This document shows, piece by piece, positions 41,896 to 50,957 of a stretch of 64,000 bases of DNA (positions are counted from its first letter, which is position 1; each line of letters starts with the position of its first letter). Source of the stretch: an uncultured Gammaproteobacteria bacterium. GTDB lineage: Bacteria; Patescibacteriota; Microgenomatia; Levybacterales; UBA12049. The notes below the pieces were generated by a model. That model searched no databases, had not been told where the DNA came from, and worked only from the letters and a program-made list of their open reading frames with translations. The translations under genes were made by a program, and so were the position numbers. The stretch spans positions 398,146 to 462,145 of the forward strand of contig CAZFRF010000001.1 in assembly GCA_964521295.1 (NCBI GenBank), written 5' to 3'.

Positions 41896-43050
41896 TTAAG
41901 GTGTCCCTCCAGACTTATGTGACCATAAACTAATTCCATTTGGCATTCTACCTACTTTTATTTTTGTAATTTCTTTATCGGTTGCAGTACTAATAACTGA
42001 AACATCATCGCTCAAAAGATTAGAAACATATACTCTTTTTCCATCAGGAGAAACAACTACGCCATGGGGTGCAACTCCAGCTTTAATAGTCGAAGCGATT
42101 TGTCTTGCCTGTACATCAATCTTATATACAAAATCGCTTGTTGGCTTCTCAAAATAAAATCCTTGATCGGCTACATATAAATACTGGCCATCTGGCGTAG
42201 CGTATAATTGTATTGCGCCTTCAGCTCCAAATGGCAAATCTACATAGAAGACCTCCTCTGTAAGAGAATCGTAAAAAGCTATCTGTTTTGTGTCGTAAAC
42301 AGAGGCTGCAACATAGTTAGTATTAGGAATAACTGCTGTCTGTACTGCACTACCAGAAAGTGAAATTGTTTTTACTTCATTTGTTCTAGTGTTAACTAAT
42401 CCAATTCCTTTACCACCTATAAGAGCGACATATGCTCTCATATCGTCTCCTGAAAGCCTAAGACCATGCGGTTGTGTATCTTTAGCGAAAGCTATCGTTC
42501 TCTCTATATTATATGTCTCTCCATTGATTTTATAGACCAATCCTGATTCCTGGGCAGTTGCAAATATACTTTTCCCATCACGAGTTATTACTACATGAGC
42601 TAAATGTTGATCTATTCCTATGTCAATACGCTTGACTATCACATCTCTTTGAGGATCAATAATAATTATCTGATCTGGAAATGCCTTTTCTACTTCTTTC
42701 TCAGAATTATTGCTTTCCTCTCCATGCTCTTCAAGTCCCATGAAGTTTGCTGTTACCCATATACTCTTACCATCTGGGGCTACCTGAACATTGTGTGCAA
42801 TGTATTTCTTCTTCATATCTCCTCCTGAGTCAGTAATATCAATATTGCCAAGTAGCGAATTATCACTCGTATCAATTACAGCGACTGCTCCACCCTCTTC
42901 TAAAGCAACATATAGTTTTTCAGCAGCTTGATTTTGTTTTACGGACGAGCTGCTTGGGGATGCAATTTGATCCGAAATAAAAGCAAATCCTAGAACAATC
43001 ACAACAAAGATAAAGGAAATAATTACATATGTGTATTTTGATAATTGCAT
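41896..43050 (-). CDS. YVTN/YncE-type beta-propeller surface protein
   Basis: Repeats such as PHGVVVSPDGKRVYV; N-terminal TM. Confidence 0.8.
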   Translation of the reverse strand: MQLSKYTYVIISFIFVVIVLGFAFISDQIASPSSSSVKQNQAAEKLYVALEEGGAVAVIDTSDNSLLGNIDITDSGGDMKKKYIAHNVQVAPDGKSIWVTANFMGLEEHGEESNNSEKEVEKAFPDQIIIIDPQRDVIVKRIDIGIDQHLAHVVITRDGKSIFATAQESGLVYKINGETYNIERTIAFAKDTQPHGLRLSGDDMRAYVALIGGKGIGLVNTRTNEVKTISLSGSAVQTAVIPNTNYVAASVYDTKQIAFYDSLTEEVFYVDLPFGAEGAIQLYATPDGQYLYVADQGFYFEKPTSDFVYKIDVQARQIASTIKAGVAPHGVVVSPDGKRVYVSNLLSDDVSVISTATDKEITKIKVGRMPNGISLWSHKSGGTP

Positions 43051-43125
43051 ATAATTTATTTTTAAGTTTTAACTAGTTATCTCCTTGGAAGAAGTGCATT
43101 TCTTATTGCACCTCTCCTAAAAAGA

Positions 43126-43773
43126 TTACTGAGAATAACCCCAATCAGCATACCATTGCCTCATCTGGTCAATTTCATCTGTCTGAGCAGTTATTATGTC
43201 GTCTGCTAACTTCTTCATTTCAGGTCTTTGTGTCCCTCCTTTAAGCATACTTGCCATCATCACAGCCATTTGGTGATGTGGAATCATATCTTCTATGAAC
43301 GCTTTATCAAAGTCCTCTGTATTTTCAAGTCTTGTCATGTCAGTATCGTTACCCATCATTCCCATGTGCATACTGTTTCCCATTCTCATTCCGTGTTGAT
43401 TCATGACATTATTTCCTTCAGGAACATCTTTGCCAAACCAAGCTATGTACCAATCTTTCATTTGGTTAATTTCTGCTCCTTGAGAACTAATGATATTTTC
43501 TGCTAACTGTTTTATTTCAGGCCTCTGTGCTTTTTCCTGAGCAAGTTCTGCCATCGTTATTGCATCTTCGTGATGTGGAATCATTTGTTCTATAAAATGT
43601 GCGTCGATTGTATTAGAATCCTGCACTGTGCTTAGCTGATTTCCATTTTTATAACCCATCATTCCCATCACATTCGCATTATTTGAATTAACAATTATCA
43701 TAGTAGTAATCCATACAATTAACCCTCCAACAATTAACCCTCCAATTCCATACATTAGTTTATCGTTTTTCAT
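43126..43773 (-). CDS. DUF305/CopM-like metal-binding protein
   Basis: Two FIE.MIPHH..A..MA repeats with a Met-rich linker. Confidence 0.9.
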   Translation of the reverse strand: MKNDKLMYGIGGLIVGGLIVWITTMIIVNSNNANVMGMMGYKNGNQLSTVQDSNTIDAHFIEQMIPHHEDAITMAELAQEKAQRPEIKQLAENIISSQGAEINQMKDWYIAWFGKDVPEGNNVMNQHGMRMGNSMHMGMMGNDTDMTRLENTEDFDKAFIEDMIPHHQMAVMMASMLKGGTQRPEMKKLADDIITAQTDEIDQMRQWYADWGYSQ

Positions 43774-43827
43774 ATTCTCACCCCCTTATCTTATTAAGAT
43801 TAAATACCCATATTCATATTTATGCAC

Positions 43828-44637
43828 CTATGATTCAACAACGCTTACGACACCTCCAAAGCCGGGATTTATATGATCATGAAATTCCCATTTACCCTTT
43901 TTGTCAAATACATATCTATAAATTGCACTTTTTTTGTAAGCTCTAAATTGATCAAATGTTGGTAATATGGTGTGTTGTGGATGAGACATAGACGCAACCC
44001 ACATATCTGTACTACTCTCATTTATAAATTCAACCGTACTACCAACTGGAACATCTACTTTATCCGGCACAAATCCTTTATCCGTATAACGAATTTTCGC
44101 CATAGTTTTTGCGCCTTTCATTGCATGAGTCATTCCAGCAGATTCTCCTTCAGTAATACTTGTTGGTAATGATTTACCTGATTTTACGTATCGGGCCGTC
44201 ATAAAACCGTTTTCATCAATTGCTGGCATGTCAAGATCGTTAAATGTACTGTCATTTGCATAATCCTCATAAATCATGACAATCAGCTCTTGATTTGCAA
44301 CTTTAGCATTTCCTAGTGGAATCTCTACATTTTTATGCATGCCTTTTTGTAATGGTCGACTCATTTCAATAACTTGACTCAACTTACCATCATTCATTTG
44401 TCGAACTACAAGAAAACCGTTCTTTTGTAATATTGCACTTGCAACATTTACCTTATCTTTAGGTTTTTGGGGAACAACCACAAGATTTTTTGTATTTTGA
44501 CTATTAACCTTTTCTCCTCTATCTTGAGACCGAAGTGTTTTTGTCGATGGCTTACTTTTATTCAGAAAAATAAAAACTACTGAAACCGTTACTGCTAGAA
44601 ACCCACAAAAAACGATAAAAAATTGTAGTGCTTTCAT
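43828..44637 (-). CDS. Membrane-anchored protein with a C-terminal cupredoxin-like domain
   Basis: GF.P..V....G.TV.F.N, HPQH, FHDH. Confidence 0.65.
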   Translation of the reverse strand: MKALQFFIVFCGFLAVTVSVVFIFLNKSKPSTKTLRSQDRGEKVNSQNTKNLVVVPQKPKDKVNVASAILQKNGFLVVRQMNDGKLSQVIEMSRPLQKGMHKNVEIPLGNAKVANQELIVMIYEDYANDSTFNDLDMPAIDENGFMTARYVKSGKSLPTSITEGESAGMTHAMKGAKTMAKIRYTDKGFVPDKVDVPVGSTVEFINESSTDMWVASMSHPQHTILPTFDQFRAYKKSAIYRYVFDKKGKWEFHDHINPGFGGVVSVVES

Positions 44638-44909
44638 TATTGTCTTTTTTTAAAAACCTCCATTATTTCATTAATTGATTTATCAGCTTCTCCTTTTTTA
44701 ATCGCATCCGAAACGCAAGACTTAAGGTGATTTTCAAGAAGTAGGTTGCCCGTTTCTTTAAGTCCTGATTCAACTGCCTGAATTTGATGAATAACATCAA
44801 TGCAATAAGCATCTTCATCCATCATCTTAATGACTTTATCGAGGTGTCCTCGTGCAATCTTGAGACGGTGAGTAATTCTTTCGTGTGTGTCTTTTGGTCT
44901 GTATGCCAT
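44637..44909 (-). CDS. csoR: CsoR-family copper-sensing repressor
   Basis: RLKIARGHL...YCIDVIHQ...NHLKSC (C-H-C ligand set). Confidence 0.9.
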   Translation of the reverse strand: MAYRPKDTHERITHRLKIARGHLDKVIKMMDEDAYCIDVIHQIQAVESGLKETGNLLLENHLKSCVSDAIKKGEADKSINEIMEVFKKRQ

Positions 44910-44957
44910 ATATCCCCCTATGAGGGATATATTAAAGATTTACGAAATGAAAGTCAA
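44909..44957 (-). promoter_or_regulatory. csoR promoter and CsoR-type operator
   Basis: TATATCCC-CCTATGA-GGGATATA (44909-44931); TTGACT(44957-44952)-17 nt-TAATAT. Confidence 0.75.
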
Positions 44958-44995
44958 GAGTTCTTAACAATAAATATTTTTATATCTTTTAACTA

Positions 44996-45024
44996 TTGAC
45001 ATATAAATCAACCTCTGATATAAA
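44996..45024 (+). promoter_or_regulatory. Putative promoter of the transfer operon
   Basis: TTGACA(44996-45001)-17 nt-TATAAA. Confidence 0.5.
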
Positions 45025-45053
45025 TTGATCCAATTAAATATTGTTTGTTCTAG

Positions 45054-45076
45054 AAACTGCTTGGGGGCAGTTTTTT
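45054..45076 (+). terminator. Terminator-like hairpin in the transfer-operon leader
   Basis: AAACTGC-TTGGGG-GCAGTTT plus further T's. Confidence 0.4.
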
Positions 45077-45098
45077 GGTTTTGAAAGGAGGTGAGAAT

Positions 45099-45443
45099 AT
45101 GAAAAAGTTAATCATAATTCAATCTGTTTTTATTACTTCATTAATAGTCGCTACTCCTGCGCTCGCTCAAACCACTGGAGGAGACGTTACAAGAATTCAA
45201 AATTTCATTCAAAGCATAATTGGTATTTTTGTAACTCTTTCTGGACTTATCGCAACTGGATTTTTTGTATATGGAGGAGTTCGCTATATAACAAGCTCAG
45301 GAAATCCTGAAGCACTAGATTCAGCAAAAAAAACTATTTTATATTCATCAATTGGTCTTGCTATAGTTCTAGGAGCGTTCGTTTTAAGTAATATAGTCAC
45401 ACAGGTTGCAACAACAGCTTTTGGTTCAAGTTCTGGTCTATAG
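45099..45443 (+). CDS. TrbC/VirB2-like pilin
   Basis: AGGAGGTGA RBS, signal peptide ending ALA, two hydrophobic helices with GG.RYITS.G...AK. Confidence 0.75.
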   Translation: MKKLIIIQSVFITSLIVATPALAQTTGGDVTRIQNFIQSIIGIFVTLSGLIATGFFVYGGVRYITSSGNPEALDSAKKTILYSSIGLAIVLGAFVLSNIVTQVATTAFGSSSGL

Positions 45444-45460
45444 AAATTAGAAAGGAACTT

Positions 45461-46741
45461 ATGAAATTATTAAAAATTGCTGGCTTTTTAGCTACAATAT
45501 TTTTTATATCTGCCAATCCTGCATTCGCTGCAGGAGGAAACCTTGCGACTTTTACTTCTCAAACTCTGAATACATTAATAATCTTTGCCACTCTTGGAGC
45601 AACTTTCTTCTTAATAAAAGGTGGATATTCATACATCACTTCTGCTGGTAAGCCAGAAGCTTTAGAACACGCCAAGCTAACTATAAGAAATGCTGTAATA
45701 GGCTTAGTCTTAGTTTTAGGTGCATCTCTAATTACTTCTCTTTTAACCAATGCATTTAATACACCAACTGGTAATTTTACTTCGACTCAAATAGCGCTCT
45801 CCCCAATTGTGCCTGCTACTCCTTCAAACGGATTAACGCAGGTACTTTTAGACGCTATTGCAGGATTTTTACAAAACATAGTACAAAGCGCAACTAAGCC
45901 TCTTGTTGATGGAATAATTAGCTTTTTAACTACTACCCCCTCTTTAACTTCAAATTCAGTAATATTTAATTTTTGGCTTGTAATAGTAGGCATCACTGAT
46001 GCACTTTTTGCAATAGTTATTGCTCTTCTTGGACTTCATATTATGAGCGCTTCCACTTTTGGATTTGATGAGATTGAATTTAAACATCTTCTCCCTCGTA
46101 TTGGACTTGCATTTTTACTTGCTAATACTTCAATCTTTTTAGCAAATTGGGTTATTCAAGCTGCGAACGCATTAGTAAACGCACTAATAAATTCATTTGG
46201 AGGGATTGAAAGCGCTTGGATTTTAAACGCATTTAATCCGGCATCACTAATAGCTGGAACAACTTCTATAATTACTCTTATTTTTATGATTATTTTTGTA
46301 ATTCTTGCAGTAGTGCTTATTCTCTTCTACATATCTCGTCTTATTTTAATTTCGCTTGGAGCTGTTCTCTCTCCACTCATTTTTCTTCTTTGGATAATAC
46401 CAAGATTCTCTGATTTTGCTGAAATTACAATTAAAACATATATAATCACTGTCTTTTCTACTTTTGTTCACGTTGTAATAATTCTTTTAGCCTCTGCTTT
46501 TCTTACCATTCCAGGGCAAAGGGGAACGAATTCTCTGATTTCAATTCTCGTTGGGATTGGCTTACTTTTTACTCTTCTTAAAACTCCTGGAATTATGATG
46601 CAGATGGTTTTCTATAACTCAGGACGAGGTATGGTAAAAAAAGTTGGAAGTCAGATTATTAATGTGATTTCAACTCAAAAAGCATCCGAAGCAGTTACCG
46701 GAGAAATTGTAAAAACCCCAAGAAAGGTTATTGCAGCATGA
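45461..46741 (+). CDS. Pilin-domain + VirB6/TrbL-like polytopic membrane protein
   Basis: N-terminus resembles the upstream pilin; C-terminal multi-TM region with R...L......SPL; position in the operon. Confidence 0.65.
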   Translation: MKLLKIAGFLATIFFISANPAFAAGGNLATFTSQTLNTLIIFATLGATFFLIKGGYSYITSAGKPEALEHAKLTIRNAVIGLVLVLGASLITSLLTNAFNTPTGNFTSTQIALSPIVPATPSNGLTQVLLDAIAGFLQNIVQSATKPLVDGIISFLTTTPSLTSNSVIFNFWLVIVGITDALFAIVIALLGLHIMSASTFGFDEIEFKHLLPRIGLAFLLANTSIFLANWVIQAANALVNALINSFGGIESAWILNAFNPASLIAGTTSIITLIFMIIFVILAVVLILFYISRLILISLGAVLSPLIFLLWIIPRFSDFAEITIKTYIITVFSTFVHVVIILLASAFLTIPGQRGTNSLISILVGIGLLFTLLKTPGIMMQMVFYNSGRGMVKKVGSQIINVISTQKASEAVTGEIVKTPRKVIAA

Positions 46742-47250
46742 GAACTCGAATAATTCCAGCTCAAATTACTACAGTCGAGGACAAAATTGCTGGAAATCTT
46801 AGTTTAACTCAGCTTTTGCTTTTAGTTTTTCCTGCTTTTATTTCGGCTTTAGCATATATCGTTCTCCCTCCAATACTTTCCTTTTCAATTTATAAGCTAC
46901 CTATAATTTTTATCTCAATTTTCATTTGCTGTACTCTCGCTATACGAATCAAAGACAAATTAATCCTTAATTGGATTACTATATTTATTTCTTACAATGT
47001 CAGGCCAAAGTTTTATGTATTTAATAAAAATGATGCTTATCTAAGAGATATAGATTTACCATTAAATAAAAAATCACGACCAATTTTTAGAAAAAAAGTT
47101 ACGCGAAGTGCAAAAAAAGTAATCCCAACCATAAGTCCTAATGAACTTGTAAGACTTGATGATTTAATAAGTAATCCGAGATATAGATTTAGCATTAAAA
47201 ATAGCGGAAAAGGAGGTATGCATGTTGCTTTTGAACAAGAACAAAAATAA
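46738..47250 (+). CDS. PrgI-family (VirB3-like) protein
   Basis: IPAQI...EDKIAGNLSLTQL, two TMs, RP..YV. Confidence 0.75.
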   Translation: MRTRIIPAQITTVEDKIAGNLSLTQLLLLVFPAFISALAYIVLPPILSFSIYKLPIIFISIFICCTLAIRIKDKLILNWITIFISYNVRPKFYVFNKNDAYLRDIDLPLNKKSRPIFRKKVTRSAKKVIPTISPNELVRLDDLISNPRYRFSIKNSGKGGMHVAFEQEQK

Positions 47251-47833
47251 AACATCGTCAAGACAGCAAATTCAAATAAAAGAAGTGCGAGATGGAATTT
47301 TGATACTACCAAAGAGTGAATTTCGAGTAATTATCGAAACTTCTTCAATAAATTTTGAATTAAAAAGCGAAGAAGAACAAGATATATTAATTGATAGTTT
47401 TCAAAACTTTCTTAATTCCCTTCCGGGAAAGCTTCAGGTACTTGTTAGAGTAAGAGAAATTGATATTGAGAGTTATCTTGAACAAATAGGAAAAAGTAAG
47501 GAGATTGAAAAAGAAAAAATATATAAGATGCAAATTGACAATTACAGTTCTTTTATTAAAAACCTAGTAACGGGTAATAAGATATTATCCAGACGCTTTT
47601 ATATTGTTATTTCATATGAACACACTGATAAAAACAAGGAATATTCAATAATAAAAGAGCATATGTATCTGCAAAGAGATCTTGTTGGAAGAGGTCTTGA
47701 AAAACTTGGAATGAAAGCAAGAGTCTTAGACAGCCTTGAAGTATTAGATTTATTCTATAGCTTTTATAACCCAAATCAAATCAAAACACAGCAGCTAAAA
47801 GAGCAAACTATAGAAATGTTACTTAAGAATTAA
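47222..47833 (+). CDS. VirB4-associated protein (TraC/TrsD-like)
   Basis: SINFELKSEEEQD...FQNFLNSL, FYIVI, YSFYNP; lies between PrgI and VirB4. Confidence 0.6.
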   Translation: MLLLNKNKNKTSSRQQIQIKEVRDGILILPKSEFRVIIETSSINFELKSEEEQDILIDSFQNFLNSLPGKLQVLVRVREIDIESYLEQIGKSKEIEKEKIYKMQIDNYSSFIKNLVTGNKILSRRFYIVISYEHTDKNKEYSIIKEHMYLQRDLVGRGLEKLGMKARVLDSLEVLDLFYSFYNPNQIKTQQLKEQTIEMLLKN

Positions 47834-47834
47834 T

Positions 47835-49655
47835 ATGCAAAACCTTAATAAACAATTTAATAAACTACCATCCAAGTATTCAATACCATATTTTGGAAAG
47901 AAAGGTAGAAAAGCGAAAAAAGCGCAACTGCTTAGAAAGTCTTTTGAGTATAACTTTGGTGAACAGGATCAAGTTGATTTAATCTCATACTCTGGTCTTG
48001 AAGAAAATGGTACCTATCTTAAAATAGGAGATAAATATGTTCGAACATTATTTATATCCGCCTTTCCCTATATAGCCTCTACTGGATGGCTAAATATGCT
48101 TATTAATTTTAATCATGATATTGATATCTCCTATCATATTGAACAAGTTGACCCGCTTGTTGCTTTACCTAAACTAAATAGAAAAATAACAGAGCTTGAA
48201 TCTACAAAAAGAGCCATGCAAAAAAATGGCAAAATAATTGGTTCTGAAATAACAGATCCATTAGAATCGGCAATTCTTTTGAAAGATAAAATTCAAAGAG
48301 GTCAAGAAAAACTTTTTCAAATATCAATCTACATGGGTTTAAGCGCCGACAGTCTAGAGCAACTAAACAAATTAACAACCATTCTCGAAACAGCAATGTC
48401 CACTCATCTTTTTTATATAAAGACAGCAGCTTTTCAACAACTTGAAGGCTTGCAATCTGTTCTTCCCCGTTCTGAAAACAAGCTTAATCAAAAAAGAAAT
48501 TTGGATTCCTCATCAGCTGCTCTAACCTTCCCTTTTGTTTCATCAGAACTCGTTCAAGAAACAGGAATATTATATGGAATTAACAAATCAAATAATTCAT
48601 TAGTTATCGTTGACAGATTTTTACTTAATAATGCAAATAGCATTATTTTTGCTCAATCTGGAAGCGGTAAAAGCTATGCTGCAAAAGTTGAAATACTTCG
48701 TCAACTTATGCAAGGAACACGCGCAATTATTATCGATCCTGAACGCGAATATAAACAGCTTGCAGAATCAGTTAATGGAACTTATATAAAACTTTCTGCA
48801 AAATCCCATGAAAAAATCAACCCATTTGATTTTTCTCTTACTTCAAACAATGATGGCGGTGATCTCGTTGAGCATATTCAAGATCTAACAGAAATTATTT
48901 CCCTTCTTGTTGGCTCTCTTACTACAGAAGAAAAAGCAATTGTAGACAAGGCAATAATTCAAACATACAAAGAGCATGGTTTTTCACTTAATGCCAAGAA
49001 TATTTCAAAAAAAGACAAAGAATTTCCACTTTTAAAAGATTTCTATAAGGTGTTAAAAGACATGAAGCAAAAAGATCTTAGCAATAGACTGGAACGCTTT
49101 GTAAAAGGCTCTTTGTCATCTGTTTTTGACCAACAGACCAATATTGAGATTAATAATAGACTAGTGGTTTTTGATATTAAAGATTTGAATGAATCACTTC
49201 GACAAATTATGATGATGGTAATTGCAAACTTTGTAAATTCCCAGGTTAAATCAAATCCTCAAAAAAGAATATTAGTAATTGATGAAGGATGGATGCTTCT
49301 TGAACATCCAGAAAGTGCAAGATTTATTTCAGGCCTAGTTAGACGAGCAAGAAAATATTATCTAGGCGTAACAATTATTACGCAGCAAGCAAATGATTTT
49401 CTCACCCAAGAATATGGAAGAGCAATTGCAAGCCAATCCTCCCTTAGAATTCTAATGCGCCAAGATACGACAACAATTAAAAAAGTCGCACAAGAATTTA
49501 AATTAAGTGAATATGAAGAACACTTTCTTTTAACTTGCGATCGTGGAGAGGGATTAATTATAGCCGATCAAAATCATGTAGCCTTAAAAGTTGTTGCATC
49601 AGAAAAAGAACATCCACTGCTTACGACAGATCCTAAGGAGATATATTTAATCTAG
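47835..49655 (+). CDS. VirB4-like conjugal transfer ATPase
   Basis: AQSGSGKS (Walker A), IIDPEREY, INPFD, VIDEGW (Walker B), RRARKY, ITQ. Confidence 0.9.
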   Translation: MQNLNKQFNKLPSKYSIPYFGKKGRKAKKAQLLRKSFEYNFGEQDQVDLISYSGLEENGTYLKIGDKYVRTLFISAFPYIASTGWLNMLINFNHDIDISYHIEQVDPLVALPKLNRKITELESTKRAMQKNGKIIGSEITDPLESAILLKDKIQRGQEKLFQISIYMGLSADSLEQLNKLTTILETAMSTHLFYIKTAAFQQLEGLQSVLPRSENKLNQKRNLDSSSAALTFPFVSSELVQETGILYGINKSNNSLVIVDRFLLNNANSIIFAQSGSGKSYAAKVEILRQLMQGTRAIIIDPEREYKQLAESVNGTYIKLSAKSHEKINPFDFSLTSNNDGGDLVEHIQDLTEIISLLVGSLTTEEKAIVDKAIIQTYKEHGFSLNAKNISKKDKEFPLLKDFYKVLKDMKQKDLSNRLERFVKGSLSSVFDQQTNIEINNRLVVFDIKDLNESLRQIMMMVIANFVNSQVKSNPQKRILVIDEGWMLLEHPESARFISGLVRRARKYYLGVTIITQQANDFLTQEYGRAIASQSSLRILMRQDTTTIKKVAQEFKLSEYEEHFLLTCDRGEGLIIADQNHVALKVVASEKEHPLLTTDPKEIYLI

Positions 49656-50278
49656 TGAGTCCACTTCTAATTTCTACTATCTGGTCTTTTAAAAAAGAAC
49701 TTATAATTGTTTCCTCAGCATTCCTAATAACTCTTTTAATTCCGGTCGTTGCTGTAATTCTTTTGACTAATTCAGGTATTGATATAATTTCCGACAGGCT
49801 TGCAACAAAAAACTTACAAACTCAGACAGTTACGATTCATGATCCAGCAACCGGAAAAATAATTAGCACTATAAATGTTAATACCTCTTGGCCTACAAAT
49901 GGCGTAGTTACATTAGAATTTGGAGAGCCAAATCTACCCTATCAACTTTTCCATTCTGGAATTGATATAGCCAGTCCAAACGGAAAAGTGGGAAATCCAG
50001 TCACAGCTCTCATGCCTGGAAAAGTCATTTATGCAGGAGAGATATCTTGGGGGTTTGGAAAACATATAATAATAGATCACGGAAACAACGTAACCTCAAT
50101 TTATGCCCATCTAGATAAAATTTACGTAGCTAAAGATCAAGAAATTAAAACTACAGATCAAGTAATAGGACTTGAAGGGGAAACCGGATGGGCAACTGGT
50201 CCACATCTCCACTTTCAGGTAAATGTTTTCGGAATACCCGTTAACCCAAGAACTTTTTTATCGGGAAACCCAAATTAA
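49655..50278 (+). CDS. M23 peptidoglycan endopeptidase with N-terminal anchor
   Basis: HSGID, YAHL, GPHLHF in canonical order. Confidence 0.9.
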   Translation: MSPLLISTIWSFKKELIIVSSAFLITLLIPVVAVILLTNSGIDIISDRLATKNLQTQTVTIHDPATGKIISTINVNTSWPTNGVVTLEFGEPNLPYQLFHSGIDIASPNGKVGNPVTALMPGKVIYAGEISWGFGKHIIIDHGNNVTSIYAHLDKIYVAKDQEIKTTDQVIGLEGETGWATGPHLHFQVNVFGIPVNPRTFLSGNPN

Positions 50279-50305
50279 TAAATACCTATGTTATAATATC
50301 GATAT

Positions 50306-50524
50306 ATGAATAATCCTAAATTCAGAAAAGAAGTAGGAGAAAGAATAAAAGCAGCTAGATTAAAAGCTAAACTCACTCAAGCAGAAGTGGCTAAAAAAGC
50401 CGGAATAAATACAAATTATTATTCTGTAATAGAACGTGGAGAAGTAAATACAACTCTTGAAAAATTACAAAAAATAAGTAAAGCTTTGGGGCTAGACGTT
50501 TCAGATATAACTAAGACTAAATAA
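50306..50524 (+). CDS. XRE-family HTH regulator
   Basis: LTQAEVAKKAGI...YS.IERGE.N.TL..L.KI..AL. Confidence 0.9.
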   Translation: MNNPKFRKEVGERIKAARLKAKLTQAEVAKKAGINTNYYSVIERGEVNTTLEKLQKISKALGLDVSDITKTK

Positions 50525-50957
50525 ATTTACCAAGCTTTAGGAAATTAAACATTTCCAAAGTAAATTCCTCACTTTCTATTCTTCTCATAATTTCTCTACT
50601 TTTTATTTGAGATAAAATATTAAGACTTCCTTCCCAGAGTATTTTTCGATCCAATATTGCCAACTTTCTGTGATGATTTCCAACACATATAAAGGTTTGT
50701 ACGCCCATAGTTTCAAATTCGACAATTGCCTGCTCTGATTGGCTTTGTAATGACTCAGAATGTTCCCTTGGATCACGTGTAACAACATAGATTTTTATCT
50801 TCTTTTCAATTAATTTTTCGAATATGGGCATTAAGAAGGACATGCGCTCTGAAGTGATATATGGACTTTCTACAATAACCTCGTTCTTACAATTCAGAAG
50901 ATCTCTAATAAAGATTTTATAAAAAGTCCTTTCATCAAATAAAGCAGAGGAAAACAT
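50517..50957 (-). CDS. Stand-alone phospholipase D-family (single HKD) nuclease-like protein
   Basis: ESPYI, HRKLAILD, EGSLN, E; AAGGAGG RBS; ATG at 50957 (alternative GTG at 50960). Confidence 0.8.
   Translation of the reverse strand: MFSSALFDERTFYKIFIRDLLNCKNEVIVESPYITSERMSFLMPIFEKLIEKKIKIYVVTRDPREHSESLQSQSEQAIVEFETMGVQTFICVGNHHRKLAILDRKILWEGSLNILSQIKSREIMRRIESEEFTLEMFNFLKLGKFI

Noticed and set aside
43094-43111. Short GTGCA/TGCAC hairpin between the DUF305 and YVTN genes
   Set aside because: Weak stem and no convincing U-tract; not enough for a terminator call
43716-43745. 15-bp tandem duplication CAATTAACCCTCCAA x2
   Set aside because: In-frame repeat within the DUF305 N-terminal TM (GGLIV twice); no sign of function
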